The position numbers and the translations under genes were made by a program. From the IMG/VR virus record IMGVR_UViG_3300025534_000001: DNA of 53,466 bases. One strand, written 5' to 3'. Origin of the DNA: a virus. Below the pieces are notes generated by a model that ran no database searches, was not told where the DNA came from, and worked only from the letters and a program-made list of their open reading frames with translations. Below are positions 1-8,094 of the stretch, in pieces; within the stretch, counting starts at the first letter, position 1; each line of letters opens with the position of its first letter.

Positions 1-127
1 TGACGATCCTCTTTTCCGCCTCTTTCCCCGGCTCCTTGACGACAATCAACACGTTTTTCATTTGGTTTATCCTCCTTTCAATTATATTATAGCATAGGCA
101 GCCCTCTAAGGCACGGCGAGTGACCAA
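1..127. repeat. Terminal overlap: 1-127 is identical to 53340-53466 (closure of a circular or permuted genome)
   Basis: Read directly: tgacgatcctcttttccgcc...ggcgagtgaccaa is present at both window ends. The gene at 53047..53400 continues into its promoter at 71-179. Confidence 0.95.
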
Positions 128-179
128 ACTTCCAGGGTTAGCCCTCGAAACAAGATCAAAATACGAGGAATTAAGCCCC
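71..179 (-). repeat. 109-bp promoter/leader repeat, copy A (drives the DUF3846 gene across the junction)
   Basis: 107/109 identical to 448-556. Contains the RBS, two overlapping TATAAT boxes and a GTGCCT -35. Confidence 0.9.
86..114 (-). promoter_or_regulatory. SigA-type promoter (GTGCCT-17-TATAAT)
   Basis: Minus strand reads gtgccttagagggctgcctatgcTATAATataattgaaaggagg. Confidence 0.6.
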
Positions 180-193
180 CGCATTAAATAGAA

Positions 194-225
194 GAAGGGT
201 GCAACTCTTACGAGTTACACCCTTC
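194..225 (-). terminator. Intrinsic terminator hairpin after 230..448
   Basis: 14-bp stem gaagggtgcaactc/gagttacacccttc (one wobble), then a T-rich tract on the minus strand. A near-identical hairpin lies at 53009-53040. Confidence 0.7.
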
Positions 226-229
226 TTGC

Positions 230-448
230 TTACTTGCTGTTTTCTTCCTGGCTGAGGCGTTCCATGAGCTGTGCGAACTGCTCGTCGGTGAGGTATATGT
301 TGTGATATTCGAGGTAGCGGCGGATTGTGACCCCAATCACATCTCCATATTTTTCGCCTACCTCACCTTCGAAAGTTGGTGCGATTTCCATGAACGAGCG
401 ATATAATTCTCTTGCCAATTCGATCGCCTCTTCCACCTCGTATCTCAC
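230..448 (-). CDS. Small acidic hypothetical protein, paralogue of 614..847
   Basis: ORF with a shared ...A.ELY/VFRSF...FE.EV... pattern with 614..847. The GTG at 436 (11 nt after GGAGG) is the more likely start. Confidence 0.7.
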   Translation of the reverse strand: MRYEVEEAIELARELYRSFMEIAPTFEGEVGEKYGDVIGVTIRRYLEYHNIYLTDEQFAQLMERLSQEENSK

Positions 449-556
449 CTCCTTTCAATTATATTATAGCATAGGCAGCCCTCTAAGGCACGGCGAGTGA
501 CCAACCTTCCAGGGTTAGCCCTCAAAACAAGATCAAAATACGAGGAATTAAGCCCC
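448..556 (-). repeat. 109-bp promoter/leader repeat, copy B
   Basis: 107/109 identical to 71-179. Confidence 0.9.
463..491 (-). promoter_or_regulatory. SigA-type promoter (GTGCCT-17-TATAAT)
   Basis: Same sequence as the promoter at 86-114. Confidence 0.6.
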
Positions 557-572
557 TTCATACACAGAAAAA

Positions 573-606
573 GAGCAGCGCCTGCGGGGTGGGTGTGGCG
601 CTGCTC
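573..606 (-). terminator. Bidirectional intrinsic terminator after 614..847
   Basis: 10-bp GC stem gagcagcgcc/ggcgctgctc flanked by an A-run and a T-run. The loop carries a CGCCTGCGG motif copy. Confidence 0.8.
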
Positions 607-613
607 TTTTTTG

Positions 614-847
614 TTATGCGCTTGCCTGGCTATGTAACTGCCTGTGGAAGCTGTCCATCAGCTCTTCGAAGGCCTCATCCGATTGGACAGGCATGCCGTG
701 TTCCGCGAGAAACTGCCTGATCACGGCGCGCATGATGCGATCATAAGAGCCGTTGTTGACTTCCTCTTCAAAACGATCCGTGTTGTCGATGAAGGACCGG
801 AAAACCAGATAAGCTTCATTTACAGCGTGTTGAAGTTGCTTCGCCAT
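614..847 (-). CDS. Small acidic hypothetical protein, paralogue of 230..448
   Basis: ATG at 847 preceded by aggaggtgaaccaatc. Confidence 0.8.
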   Translation of the reverse strand: MAKQLQHAVNEAYLVFRSFIDNTDRFEEEVNNGSYDRIMRAVIRQFLAEHGMPVQSDEAFEELMDSFHRQLHSQASA

Positions 848-871
848 GATTGGTTCACCTCCTATACTACT

Positions 872-900
872 ATTATAAATGAGCGCAAGCGCAAAATCAA
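872..900 (-). promoter_or_regulatory. SigA-type promoter (TTGATT-17-TATAAT)
   Basis: Minus strand reads ttgattttgcgcttgcgctcattTATAAT. Confidence 0.6.
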
Positions 901-931
901 GAGGGTTTAACTAGCTTACAGCTTTAACGGG

Positions 932-1300
932 TTAACTTGCAGCAGCCGCAGATCTCAACAGAGTATTGCGTACTTGTTGATATCGAATTTTCAGCAGGTT
1001 GGCGATTTCGTTGCGAGCTAAGCCCATAGTTGTTAAAATACGGATTTTGGTCGCGTTGCTGAGCGTCTCGCTGTGAATAATGCGATAGAGTTGGATCTGG
1101 TTCGCAATCATTTGTTCCAGCTGTGCGAGCGGTTGTTCGCAGCCAATCAATTCGGCTACTGCCTTTACATCTTCAAATGTAACTCCTTTGGTGTTGCCCA
1201 GAACTTGCAGCCTTGCATCTATGCTGTCGACCAGGTTGTTTGCTCCAAGGCCGTTTGCGATTACTTTGATTCCTTCCCAGCTAATCTTCAAAAACAGCAT
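932..1300 (-). CDS. HTH DNA-binding protein, member 1 of the KIRxL..G....EIA.LL.(V/I)RYQ.V family
   Basis: C-terminus reads TKIRILTTMGLARNEIANLLKIRYQQVRNTLL. ATG with RBS gaggaaggtg. Confidence 0.75.
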   Translation of the reverse strand: MLFLKISWEGIKVIANGLGANNLVDSIDARLQVLGNTKGVTFEDVKAVAELIGCEQPLAQLEQMIANQIQLYRIIHSETLSNATKIRILTTMGLARNEIANLLKIRYQQVRNTLLRSAAAAS

Positions 1301-1340
1301 TTTCCTTTACACCTTCCTCAAATTTGTACTTACAACAATA

Positions 1341-1376
1341 ATTATAGCCGGGTTGGCTTGGTTTGTCAACCCGGCT
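1341..1376 (-). promoter_or_regulatory. Composite terminator hairpin plus SigA promoter (TTGACA-17-TATAAT)
   Basis: Minus strand reads AGCCGGGTTGacaaaccaagCCAACCCGGCTATAATtat. The 10-bp inverted repeat encloses the -35 box. Confidence 0.7.
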
Positions 1377-1386
1377 TGTCAAACTT

Positions 1387-1677
1387 TTAAGCAGTTTTTT
1401 CAGTTGCTCTCATTTGAACGTTTCTGACGAATTGATAGCGAACACCGAGCAACTGTGCGATTTCTTTGCGCGACATCCCAGCGGCGGTCAAGCGGCGGAT
1501 TTTCTCGCTTGTGCTCAAACCTTCCTCCAGAGCGGGGCGATTGACTTCTGCATTCGCCCGTTCGAATTCAACGAGTGCTGCGATCAGGGCTTCCTTGGTA
1601 ACTCCGATGAATTTGATCTTACGAGCGGCAGCTTCCTTCCTCAGTTCTGCGTAGTTCATGCTTTCGAATTTCGTCAT
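1387..1677 (-). CDS. HeH (Rho_N/SAP-like) plus HTH protein, family member 2
   Basis: N-terminus MNYAELRKEAAARKIKFIGVTKEALIAAL, C-terminus EKIRRLTAAGMSRKEIAQLLGVRYQFVRNV. RBS aaggagg. Confidence 0.8.
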   Translation of the reverse strand: MTKFESMNYAELRKEAAARKIKFIGVTKEALIAALVEFERANAEVNRPALEEGLSTSEKIRRLTAAGMSRKEIAQLLGVRYQFVRNVQMRATEKTA

Positions 1678-1708
1678 TTGAATGACCTCCTTAATATTGT
1701 TTGACTTA

Positions 1709-1737
1709 ATTATAACACAGGTCTACGATAGAGGCAC
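1709..1737 (-). promoter_or_regulatory. SigA-type promoter (GTGCCT-17-TGTGTTATAAT)
   Basis: Minus strand reads gtgcctctatcgtagacctgtgtTATAATtaag. Confidence 0.6.
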
Positions 1738-1761
1738 CCCCTTATTTCAAATAAAAAATAA

Positions 1762-1782
1762 AACCCTTATATAATAAGGGTT
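1762..1782 (-). terminator. Intrinsic terminator closing the replication operon
   Basis: Perfect 9-bp stem aacccttat/ataagggtt, followed on the minus strand by ttttattttttattt. Confidence 0.8.
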
Positions 1783-1846
1783 CATTTTGATATAAGATTG
1801 ATATAATTACTACGAAGTTTGAAATAGTATATAATCGTTTTTCTGA

Positions 1847-1864
1847 AGAGAGAGAGAGAGAGAG
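1847..1864. repeat. (AG)9 dinucleotide microsatellite directly after the DUF3850 stop codon
   Basis: Read directly as agagagagagagagagag. Confidence 0.95.
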
Positions 1865-2152
1865 TTAGGTATTGAATTTCAGGCCGAGGATTACGTATCC
1901 AGGCTTGCAGTACTGCGTGTCGTAAAGCATATAGGAAATGGTGACGATCTCTGCTCGTCCTGTATAGCCTGTTTCTTCAGACCATTCCTCAAGAACCAGG
2001 ATATCGTTGACTGCGAAATCTCGATCGAAGCGTCTTACTTCGAAAGGCTTGATGCGTGCGCGTACGGCTTGAAAGTATTGAGGAAGTGTTTTCAGTCGAT
2101 GTATCTTCTGCCACGGGCGCAGCTTACCTCTGTAATAATGGAGCAAGGTCAT
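1865..2152 (-). CDS. ASCH/DUF3850-like PUA-fold protein
   Basis: IHRLKTLPQYFQAVRARIKPFEVRRFDRDFAVNDILVLEEW..TGYTGRA matches the DUF3850 pattern. ATG at 2152 with RBS gggtgag. The ORF-track N-terminal extension was rejected. Confidence 0.65.
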   Translation of the reverse strand: MTLLHYYRGKLRPWQKIHRLKTLPQYFQAVRARIKPFEVRRFDRDFAVNDILVLEEWSEETGYTGRAEIVTISYMLYDTQYCKPGYVILGLKFNT

Positions 2153-2690
2153 AAGTCTCACCCAAATATTTACCATCTTTGAGCCCAAGAATCCGATCAC
2201 CAGCGTCAAAGGGAATACTGTGGTGATCTTCATAATCAATAATCGCTTGCTTTGCGAGTTCATCTGCCAATTCGTTCCATTGATCACCATTGTGCCCCTT
2301 CACCTTCTCGAATGTTACCTCATGCTTGTCTGCCAGGTGAATGACTTGCATCCAGAGCTCCTGGTTAGCTACAGGATCTCCAGAGGAATTCCGCCAGCCG
2401 TTGCGAAGCCACTTTTTATACCATCCTTGCTGCATGCAGTTGACAATGTACGCCGAATCCGAGCAAATAGTAAACTTCGCCGGCTTAGTGAAGTTCTTCA
2501 AAGCGGAGAGCACCGCCATCAGCTCGGCTTTCTGATTGGTCATATTAGCGCCGGCATTTCGGTAAGCGCGGAGATCTCTTTTGATAACACCTTTGTTCTT
2601 GTACTCGCAGATCAAAATGTAAGCCCAGCCACCGATTTTCTTAGCCGTACATGCTCCATCCGTATACACACGGAGATCCAGGATTTCCAC
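2124..2690 (-). CDS. rnhA: Ribonuclease HI
   Basis: VYTDGAC, NQKAELMAV, SDSAY and KGH..D.WNELADELA motifs. GTG at 2690 lies 6 nt after AGGAGG. Confidence 0.85.
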   Translation of the reverse strand: MEILDLRVYTDGACTAKKIGGWAYILICEYKNKGVIKRDLRAYRNAGANMTNQKAELMAVLSALKNFTKPAKFTICSDSAYIVNCMQQGWYKKWLRNGWRNSSGDPVANQELWMQVIHLADKHEVTFEKVKGHNGDQWNELADELAKQAIIDYEDHHSIPFDAGDRILGLKDGKYLGETYDLAPLLQR

Positions 2691-2741
2691 TTTTTTCCTC
2701 CTTTCTATTTTCAGAGTTAGCCTCACAGTGATGTTGTCTCT

Positions 2742-2770
2742 ATTATAATTGAGGCTAACTCTGAATTCAA
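2742..2770 (-). promoter_or_regulatory. SigA-type promoter (TTGAAT-17-TATAAT)
   Basis: Minus strand reads ttgaattcagagttagcctcaatTATAAT. Confidence 0.6.
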
Positions 2771-2778
2771 CCGTTTAG

Positions 2779-5493
2779 TTACAGTAGTTCGCCTGCGGCA
2801 ATAATCTTCTTGGTGTCGCCGCGGAATTTTCGGAAGGTGTCCAGCGAACATTTCACCTTTTTCTTGCTGCCATCTTCTTGCTTGGCTTCCCAGCTCACAG
2901 TTTGACTTTGGTAATCATAGCTACACAGGCTACCCCAACGATAGCCGATTTCAAAGTCTGCTTCGAACGGGATATCGGCGTTGATCAGATCTTTGGGCAC
3001 AGACGTCATAACTTTCTTTTTCAGCTCCGCGATTTGCGGCAAGAAATTAGCGCGAACTTGCGTGATGATTGAGTCGTGAACAGAGTTCATGACGTAAGCT
3101 ATAGGTATTTCTTTGTTTCCACGTTTCACGTGCATGGTCTCGAGCGTATTAACGATGGTAATGGTCGACAAAAGCGTGCAGTCAGAAGCAGTGCTTTGGA
3201 TTGGGAAGTTGCCTGCTTCATTCATGATCGCCCGTTTGTTGTCCTCCGTAATCAAGCCATAGAAACGTTGACGACCAGTCGGCGTAGTGTAGACGATACC
3301 TTGTAACGGTTCATTTCGACGAGCATCCATAAATGCTTTGGTCTCAGGTTGCGGACGGAACCATTTTAGGATCATCTCACGTGCTTCCTTGATCGAGATC
3401 TTGAACTCCTGAGCCAGAGTATATTCGGTTCTACCATAGGGGATGCCGAAGTTGACAGCCTTGGCTCGAACCCTCTGCTCTTTAGTGAAATCGGGACCAT
3501 ACAGCTCAATAGATACTTCATCATGCAGATCGCGTCCGTCGGTATAGATCTGCTTCAGCCATGGTGATCCACCAAGAACAGCGAGTACGCGGAGTTCCGC
3601 TTGCGAGTAGTCGGCTTGCAGAATCACCCATTCGCCGAACTCTTCCGAATATTCATCATCCGGCTCGGCAACGAAGATGTTCTTGATCATCGAGTCACGC
3701 GGAATGTTGTGCACATTCGGATCCGAGGACGAGAGGCGGCCGGTTTCTGTGCCATGCAGATTGAATGTCGAATGAATCTTGCCGTCTTCTTCCCAAACGA
3801 GCTGATCCAGGCCGAGAACGTAAGTCGAGTAAGCTTTGCTGTCTTTCTTGAACGCATCCAACGTGCTGATAAACCGTTGAACGCGTTCGTCGTCGATGTT
3901 ATCCAAGTACCACTTTCGAGCATCTTTGTCTGCCGACATTTCTTTCTTCTTGTACAGAGGAAGCTTCAGTAAGTGATACATGACATACTTCAGCTGTTGA
4001 TGGCTGTTCGGATTGAAGATACGCCCATTGGTCGGTTTCGGTGGCTTTGTTGGATTCGGCGGCTTCTTACCCTTGCGTCGCCCTTCTTTGTTCCATTTAT
4101 CCATAGCGATCTGAGTCCACCACGTGCAATATTCCTGCACGTCGAATCCGAATTCCAAAGCCATCTGATTCATATCGTCCAGGCGCTGCTCGAGCAGCGG
4201 CTCGAAATGCTCTTTCAGCTCGGCCGTGTATTCTTTGTCAGCAGGCATACCTGCAATCTCAATCTTTGCATAGGCATTGGCACCGCCGATCAACAGCTTT
4301 TTATACAGAAGATCGACATTCCGTCCTTTAGCGCGTTCGGCGTCCAGCATTTCATCCAGAACGCGGCTTACACCCATACCATAGCCAACGTCTCGAGCCA
4401 GATACTTATGCAGAACCGGCTTCGGGATATCTTCATAATCCTGGAAGCCAGGCATGGCTTTGTACTTGTTGATTTCGTGTTCCCACGGCTCGACATACAG
4501 CAGCTCGACGGCAACTTGCTCCAGGTCGTGAGTACCACGCCGTTCATTGATGACGTAGTGCTTCAGCATAGTGTCCTGGTCAACGCGTGCTTTGATACCG
4601 TGCTGCCAATGAAGGAATTTTATGTCGAATTTACCGTTGTGCCATTCCCATTCGATGTTGTCATCTTCCATTAAGGCTTTCCAGTAAGGGTAAACCTTTT
4701 GAGAATGGATAATGTTCTTATCAAAGATGATTGCCAAGTCCGGTTGCCAAGAGAAGCCTTGACAAATGATCTGATGCTTCTTGAAGTTGAAGCCCTTAGT
4801 TTCGATGTCCGTGTAGATGTGGTTGAAATCACGACGCATGTGTTCGATCGCCATAATCGCTTTGTCCTCGTCCGTGATGACATAGTGTGTTACATCCGGA
4901 GGCTTCACTTCTTTACCAGGCGCCCAATTCAGTACAGAAGGAATTTTCTGGAAGTCCGCAGCGAACTCATGGAAAGCACTAGGCTGTTCCATGGCGTATC
5001 GAGGGTGATGTGTGAAGATGACGTAAGCTTGCAGCTCCGCGTCCCAGTAAGGCATTCCGCGACGCGTAGACAATCTGCCAGCGTTTGTTCTGCTCATAGC
5101 GCGCAGTGCGACTTCGCCGAGGACCATTATGACCTTTGGTCGCACGGATTTCACCTGCGCGATGAGTCTGTCGCGGCAGGCGGATAGTTCGAGCATCGTC
5201 GGTTGTTGTCCGTCAACGGGTGTGCACAAAACAGCGTATGTGCCCATCCATTGGTCTCGGCTGAATCCGAGATTTTCGAGGGTGAGGCGGACGAGCTGTC
5301 CGCCCCGAGAATCAAAAGCGTCATTGGCCAAAACATCGGCCATGATAGGTGCTTGCGAAACTACTACAATCGGCCGATGTTCCTGCGGTACGGCCTGTCC
5401 GAGACAAGGCCTACCGTTCAGTGTACACTGTTCGCACTTAGCCAGTGCTTTGAACTGGTTTACGACCACCAATTCGCCCACCTCAACATACAA
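2779..5493 (-). CDS. Family A DNA polymerase with 3'-5' exonuclease and an N-terminal family-4 UDG-like domain
   Basis: The N-terminal ~190 aa are UDG-like (VVVSQAP...GGQ...FTHHP). Exo motif YTDIETKG. Pol motifs DYSQAELRVLA, RVRAKAVNFGIPYG and VHDSI. The TTG start at 5493 is uncertain. Confidence 0.9.
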   Translation of the reverse strand: MYVEVGELVVVNQFKALAKCEQCTLNGRPCLGQAVPQEHRPIVVVSQAPIMADVLANDAFDSRGGQLVRLTLENLGFSRDQWMGTYAVLCTPVDGQQPTMLELSACRDRLIAQVKSVRPKVIMVLGEVALRAMSRTNAGRLSTRRGMPYWDAELQAYVIFTHHPRYAMEQPSAFHEFAADFQKIPSVLNWAPGKEVKPPDVTHYVITDEDKAIMAIEHMRRDFNHIYTDIETKGFNFKKHQIICQGFSWQPDLAIIFDKNIIHSQKVYPYWKALMEDDNIEWEWHNGKFDIKFLHWQHGIKARVDQDTMLKHYVINERRGTHDLEQVAVELLYVEPWEHEINKYKAMPGFQDYEDIPKPVLHKYLARDVGYGMGVSRVLDEMLDAERAKGRNVDLLYKKLLIGGANAYAKIEIAGMPADKEYTAELKEHFEPLLEQRLDDMNQMALEFGFDVQEYCTWWTQIAMDKWNKEGRRKGKKPPNPTKPPKPTNGRIFNPNSHQQLKYVMYHLLKLPLYKKKEMSADKDARKWYLDNIDDERVQRFISTLDAFKKDSKAYSTYVLGLDQLVWEEDGKIHSTFNLHGTETGRLSSSDPNVHNIPRDSMIKNIFVAEPDDEYSEEFGEWVILQADYSQAELRVLAVLGGSPWLKQIYTDGRDLHDEVSIELYGPDFTKEQRVRAKAVNFGIPYGRTEYTLAQEFKISIKEAREMILKWFRPQPETKAFMDARRNEPLQGIVYTTPTGRQRFYGLITEDNKRAIMNEAGNFPIQSTASDCTLLSTITIVNTLETMHVKRGNKEIPIAYVMNSVHDSIITQVRANFLPQIAELKKKVMTSVPKDLINADIPFEADFEIGYRWGSLCSYDYQSQTVSWEAKQEDGSKKKVKCSLDTFRKFRGDTKKIIAAGELL

Positions 5494-6251
5494 AGGATGT
5501 TGTGCCCAACAATATCGTCGTCCAACTTGACATCGTCGTCCAAGATGATATTGCGTCCATTACGCCGCTCCAAGAGGCCTTTCTCCGGATGGAATCGGAT
5601 TCCGTTCGCTGCCGCCCAGAAGGGCAATTGCGAATCAACTCCTCTTATCCAATCATACGCTGAAAGCACCTTAATTTCAACGGGGTTATCATAGATGCCT
5701 AACAGATGATGTACCCGGCGAGTATCAATGAGGTCGTGCGTGCACAGATAATACAGGACGTGTGCACGTCCGATGGCTTGCTCTTTTTTGTCGGAGGTCC
5801 GGTAAAGACGACCCAAACGTTTCGGAATGCCGATAGACCAGACTCCAAGGTCTTTCAGGTCGTTGTACGATTCGATCCATTCTTGCAAGGTCTTTCCTTG
5901 CGGTACGACCATGAAACGGAATTTGCTCGTCAGACCCTCGTGCTTGGCGTAGTACAGGCATTCCTTGGCTCGCTTAAGAGTTGCGGCGGAATCATCCAGA
6001 ACATCTGGAAGAATGATTTCCTTGGCTTCGATGAGCTTAGCCGCACTCACCAACGTATTGAATTCGACCGACGCGCCGAGCTCGATGACGCTGTTGTCCA
6101 GGATCACATAATGACCTGACCTCGATTTGTGCCAGTAGAAATGCCGATATGCTTGATTCGACAGCACCAGATGGGTCAGTGCCATATGGTAGTCCGTAAT
6201 ACCGCCCCAATAGGTCAGGGCGTTCACCGGCGCAATGAAGGCGACTTTCAT
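5460..6251 (-). CDS. dpdA: TGT-fold DNA-guanine transglycosylase-like protein (DpdA-like)
   Basis: ILDNS, VVPQG, SIGIPKR and HHLLGIYDNP...IRGVDSQLPF align to tRNA-guanine transglycosylase core motifs. ATGA overlap with the kinase gene. Sits within the preQ0 gene cluster. Confidence 0.6.
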   Translation of the reverse strand: MKVAFIAPVNALTYWGGITDYHMALTHLVLSNQAYRHFYWHKSRSGHYVILDNSVIELGASVEFNTLVSAAKLIEAKEIILPDVLDDSAATLKRAKECLYYAKHEGLTSKFRFMVVPQGKTLQEWIESYNDLKDLGVWSIGIPKRLGRLYRTSDKKEQAIGRAHVLYYLCTHDLIDTRRVHHLLGIYDNPVEIKVLSAYDWIRGVDSQLPFWAAANGIRFHPEKGLLERRNGRNIILDDDVKLDDDIVGHNILCMLRWANWWS

Positions 6252-6781
6252 ACGTCCAGCTCCTTCAGCAAACGCTTGAATGCCGTCTTAGACGTGACAT
6301 CCGTAGTGTCGAGCTCGATGACGTTTTCCAGCAAACCGTTGGCCTTGAACAGACTGATGACGATCTGGTATTCGCGCTTGATGCGCTCCAGGTCATGCTT
6401 GGTGACGTAGGTCTCGTCGCCGCGTTTGAACAAACGTTCCCACAGCACATCCGTTTTGGCATGCACATAGATCAGATAGAACTTGTCCGTGCTCTGCTCC
6501 AACAAACGGTGCGCATTGATCATCCGTCGGATTTCGTTGATAGAGAACTTGAGACCCTCGATGACGCGACCGTAAACGATATGGTCGATCGTCTTGAAGC
6601 GGTCGAGTACGCAGTCACGGTAGTTCACATCGTTTGCCAGGTCCTTGGCGACCTGTACGACCTCGTCGACGGACTTGCTTTGCGAAAACTTGGCATACGG
6701 AAGGTCCAGGTGCTGGTGCAGAGCTTCTGCGAGAGTGGTCTTGTACGCACCATCGGGCCCCACAAACAAATATTTTGCCAT
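6248..6781 (-). CDS. P-loop (d)NMP kinase-like protein
   Basis: Walker A-like FVGPDGAYKTT. Size and layout resemble thymidylate/dNMP kinases. TAATG overlap with the upstream MazG-like gene. Confidence 0.5.
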   Translation of the reverse strand: MAKYLFVGPDGAYKTTLAEALHQHLDLPYAKFSQSKSVDEVVQVAKDLANDVNYRDCVLDRFKTIDHIVYGRVIEGLKFSINEIRRMINAHRLLEQSTDKFYLIYVHAKTDVLWERLFKRGDETYVTKHDLERIKREYQIVISLFKANGLLENVIELDTTDVTSKTAFKRLLKELDV

Positions 6782-7149
6782 TAGTTGTCCCACTCCTTTT
6801 TCATGTTATCCTGCACAGAAAAACCGCGCTGTTGATATCGAGCAAACCGCTGTTCCAGCTCAGCTTCTTTCTTGACAAAGTAGGCATCGAAGTCCATGCC
6901 AGTCATTTCGATCAGCATAGCGATGTAGATCTGGTTGTCCACGATCTCTTCGAACAAATTCTGTCGCAGTTCTTCACTGACACCGTCCCGAAGCATCTTT
7001 TTAACGCAATTGGCAATTTCGCCGGTCTCACCCGTCAAAGCGTTTGCCAAATACGACAGATTCCACATCGTCGGAGGATTCTGGATGTTGTGTTTGACAT
7101 TGAATTGAGTGACGCGTTCGACGAGTTCCCCTACCAACTGACTCTTCAT
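6781..7149 (-). CDS. MazG-like all-alpha NTP pyrophosphohydrolase (copy 2)
   Basis: LTGETGEIANCVKK ... LFEEIVDNQIYIAML pattern (EexGE / EE..D). Confidence 0.65.
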   Translation of the reverse strand: MKSQLVGELVERVTQFNVKHNIQNPPTMWNLSYLANALTGETGEIANCVKKMLRDGVSEELRQNLFEEIVDNQIYIAMLIEMTGMDFDAYFVKKEAELEQRFARYQQRGFSVQDNMKKEWDN

Positions 7150-7337
7150 TGATTACCTCCGTATCTGGTTACGACTTCTTCGATTACGTCTTCAACCTTG
7201 TCCAATTCTTCAGCGGTGTGTCCACAGTAGTTGCAGGTAAACAGCGTATCGCTATGGCGGAAGAAACTGTCCTTCCCGCATTGGGCACACGCTTTGATCC
7301 TGCGATCACCGTTCCTGATCACAATAAACCTAGCCAT
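7146..7337 (-). CDS. Small zinc-ribbon protein
   Basis: CAQC(x19)CNYC in 63 aa. ATGA-coupled to the MazG-like gene. Confidence 0.6.
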   Translation of the reverse strand: MARFIVIRNGDRRIKACAQCGKDSFFRHSDTLFTCNYCGHTAEELDKVEDVIEEVVTRYGGNQ

Positions 7338-7391
7338 AGCGTTTTAACCCTCTCTTTCCGTAAACTCAGCTTTTCATATCGCGCGAATTAG

Positions 7392-7444
7392 CGCGGAAAC
7401 AAGATAGAAGCGTATAGATCATCGCTTCGATATCTTGTTCCGCG
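7392..7444 (-). terminator. Long compound stem-loop between folE and the Zn-ribbon gene (terminator or attenuator candidate)
   Basis: Outer arms cgcggaaacaagata/tatcttgttccgcg and inner arms gaagcg/cgcttc. There is no clear U-tract. Confidence 0.45.
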
Positions 7445-7451
7445 TTTGAAA

Positions 7452-8093
7452 TTAGGACCGAATCAGATCAAGAACTTCTTTACGGGCCGCACTATTATTA
7501 CGAAAAGCACCCCTCATATACGAGGTTACTGTGGCTGCGCCCGGCTTCATCACACCGCGTCCACACATGCAGTAGTGCTGAGCTTCGATTACCACAGCCG
7601 TGCCGATCGGTTGCAGCTCTTGTTGGATGGCATCGCCGATCTGATTTGTCAGACGCTCTTGTACCTGAAACCGCTTGGCATAGCCATCGACCAGGCGGGC
7701 GAATTTCGAAAGTCCCGTGATCCGTCCGTTCGGAATGTACGCGATGTGCGCCTTGCCGAAGAACGGTGCGAAATGATGTTCACAGAGCGAATTGAACGTG
7801 ATGTCCTTGACCAACACCAGCTCATCGTGATCCACATCGAAGGTCTTGCGCAGATGCAGCGCCGGATCTTCTTCGTAACCCTTCGTGTACTCCAGAAAGG
7901 CTTTGATCACACGGAACGGCGTTTCTTGCAAACCATCACGAGCAGGATCATCCCCGCAGGCGACAATCAATTTGCGAAGAGCACCTGCGGCAGGTTCGAG
8001 GAGCTCGTAAATCTCGGTGTTGTCGATGTAAACGGGGCGCAGTGCTTTGAGTTTCTGGATTTGTTCTTCGGTGAATTCGAATTCGTGCTGCAT
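7452..8093 (-). CDS. folE: GTP cyclohydrolase I
   Basis: [20 protein letters not shown] signature. ATG at 8093 with RBS gagaggag. Confidence 0.9.
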   Translation of the reverse strand: MQHEFEFTEEQIQKLKALRPVYIDNTEIYELLEPAAGALRKLIVACGDDPARDGLQETPFRVIKAFLEYTKGYEEDPALHLRKTFDVDHDELVLVKDITFNSLCEHHFAPFFGKAHIAYIPNGRITGLSKFARLVDGYAKRFQVQERLTNQIGDAIQQELQPIGTAVVIEAQHYCMCGRGVMKPGAATVTSYMRGAFRNNSAARKEVLDLIRS

Positions 8094-8094
8094 A

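Noticed and set aside
1-127. The 127-nt terminal repeat as a biological direct terminal repeat
   Set aside because: It cuts through the N-terminus of a gene and its promoter, and its length equals a common assembler k-mer (127). It is more likely a circular-contig closure overlap. This cannot be settled without reads.
1847-1864. The GA/CT microsatellites and repeated intergenic sequences as a CRISPR array
   Set aside because: They are simple dinucleotide tracts of 10-18 nt. The 109-bp repeats are promoter/leader duplications flanking genes. There is no repeat-spacer periodicity.
7338-7451. A preQ1 riboswitch regulating the que genes
   Set aside because: No short hairpin followed by the A-rich tail and conserved loop residues typical of preQ1-I/II was recognised here or upstream of queC. 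Most que genes have no 5' UTR because they are translationally coupled.
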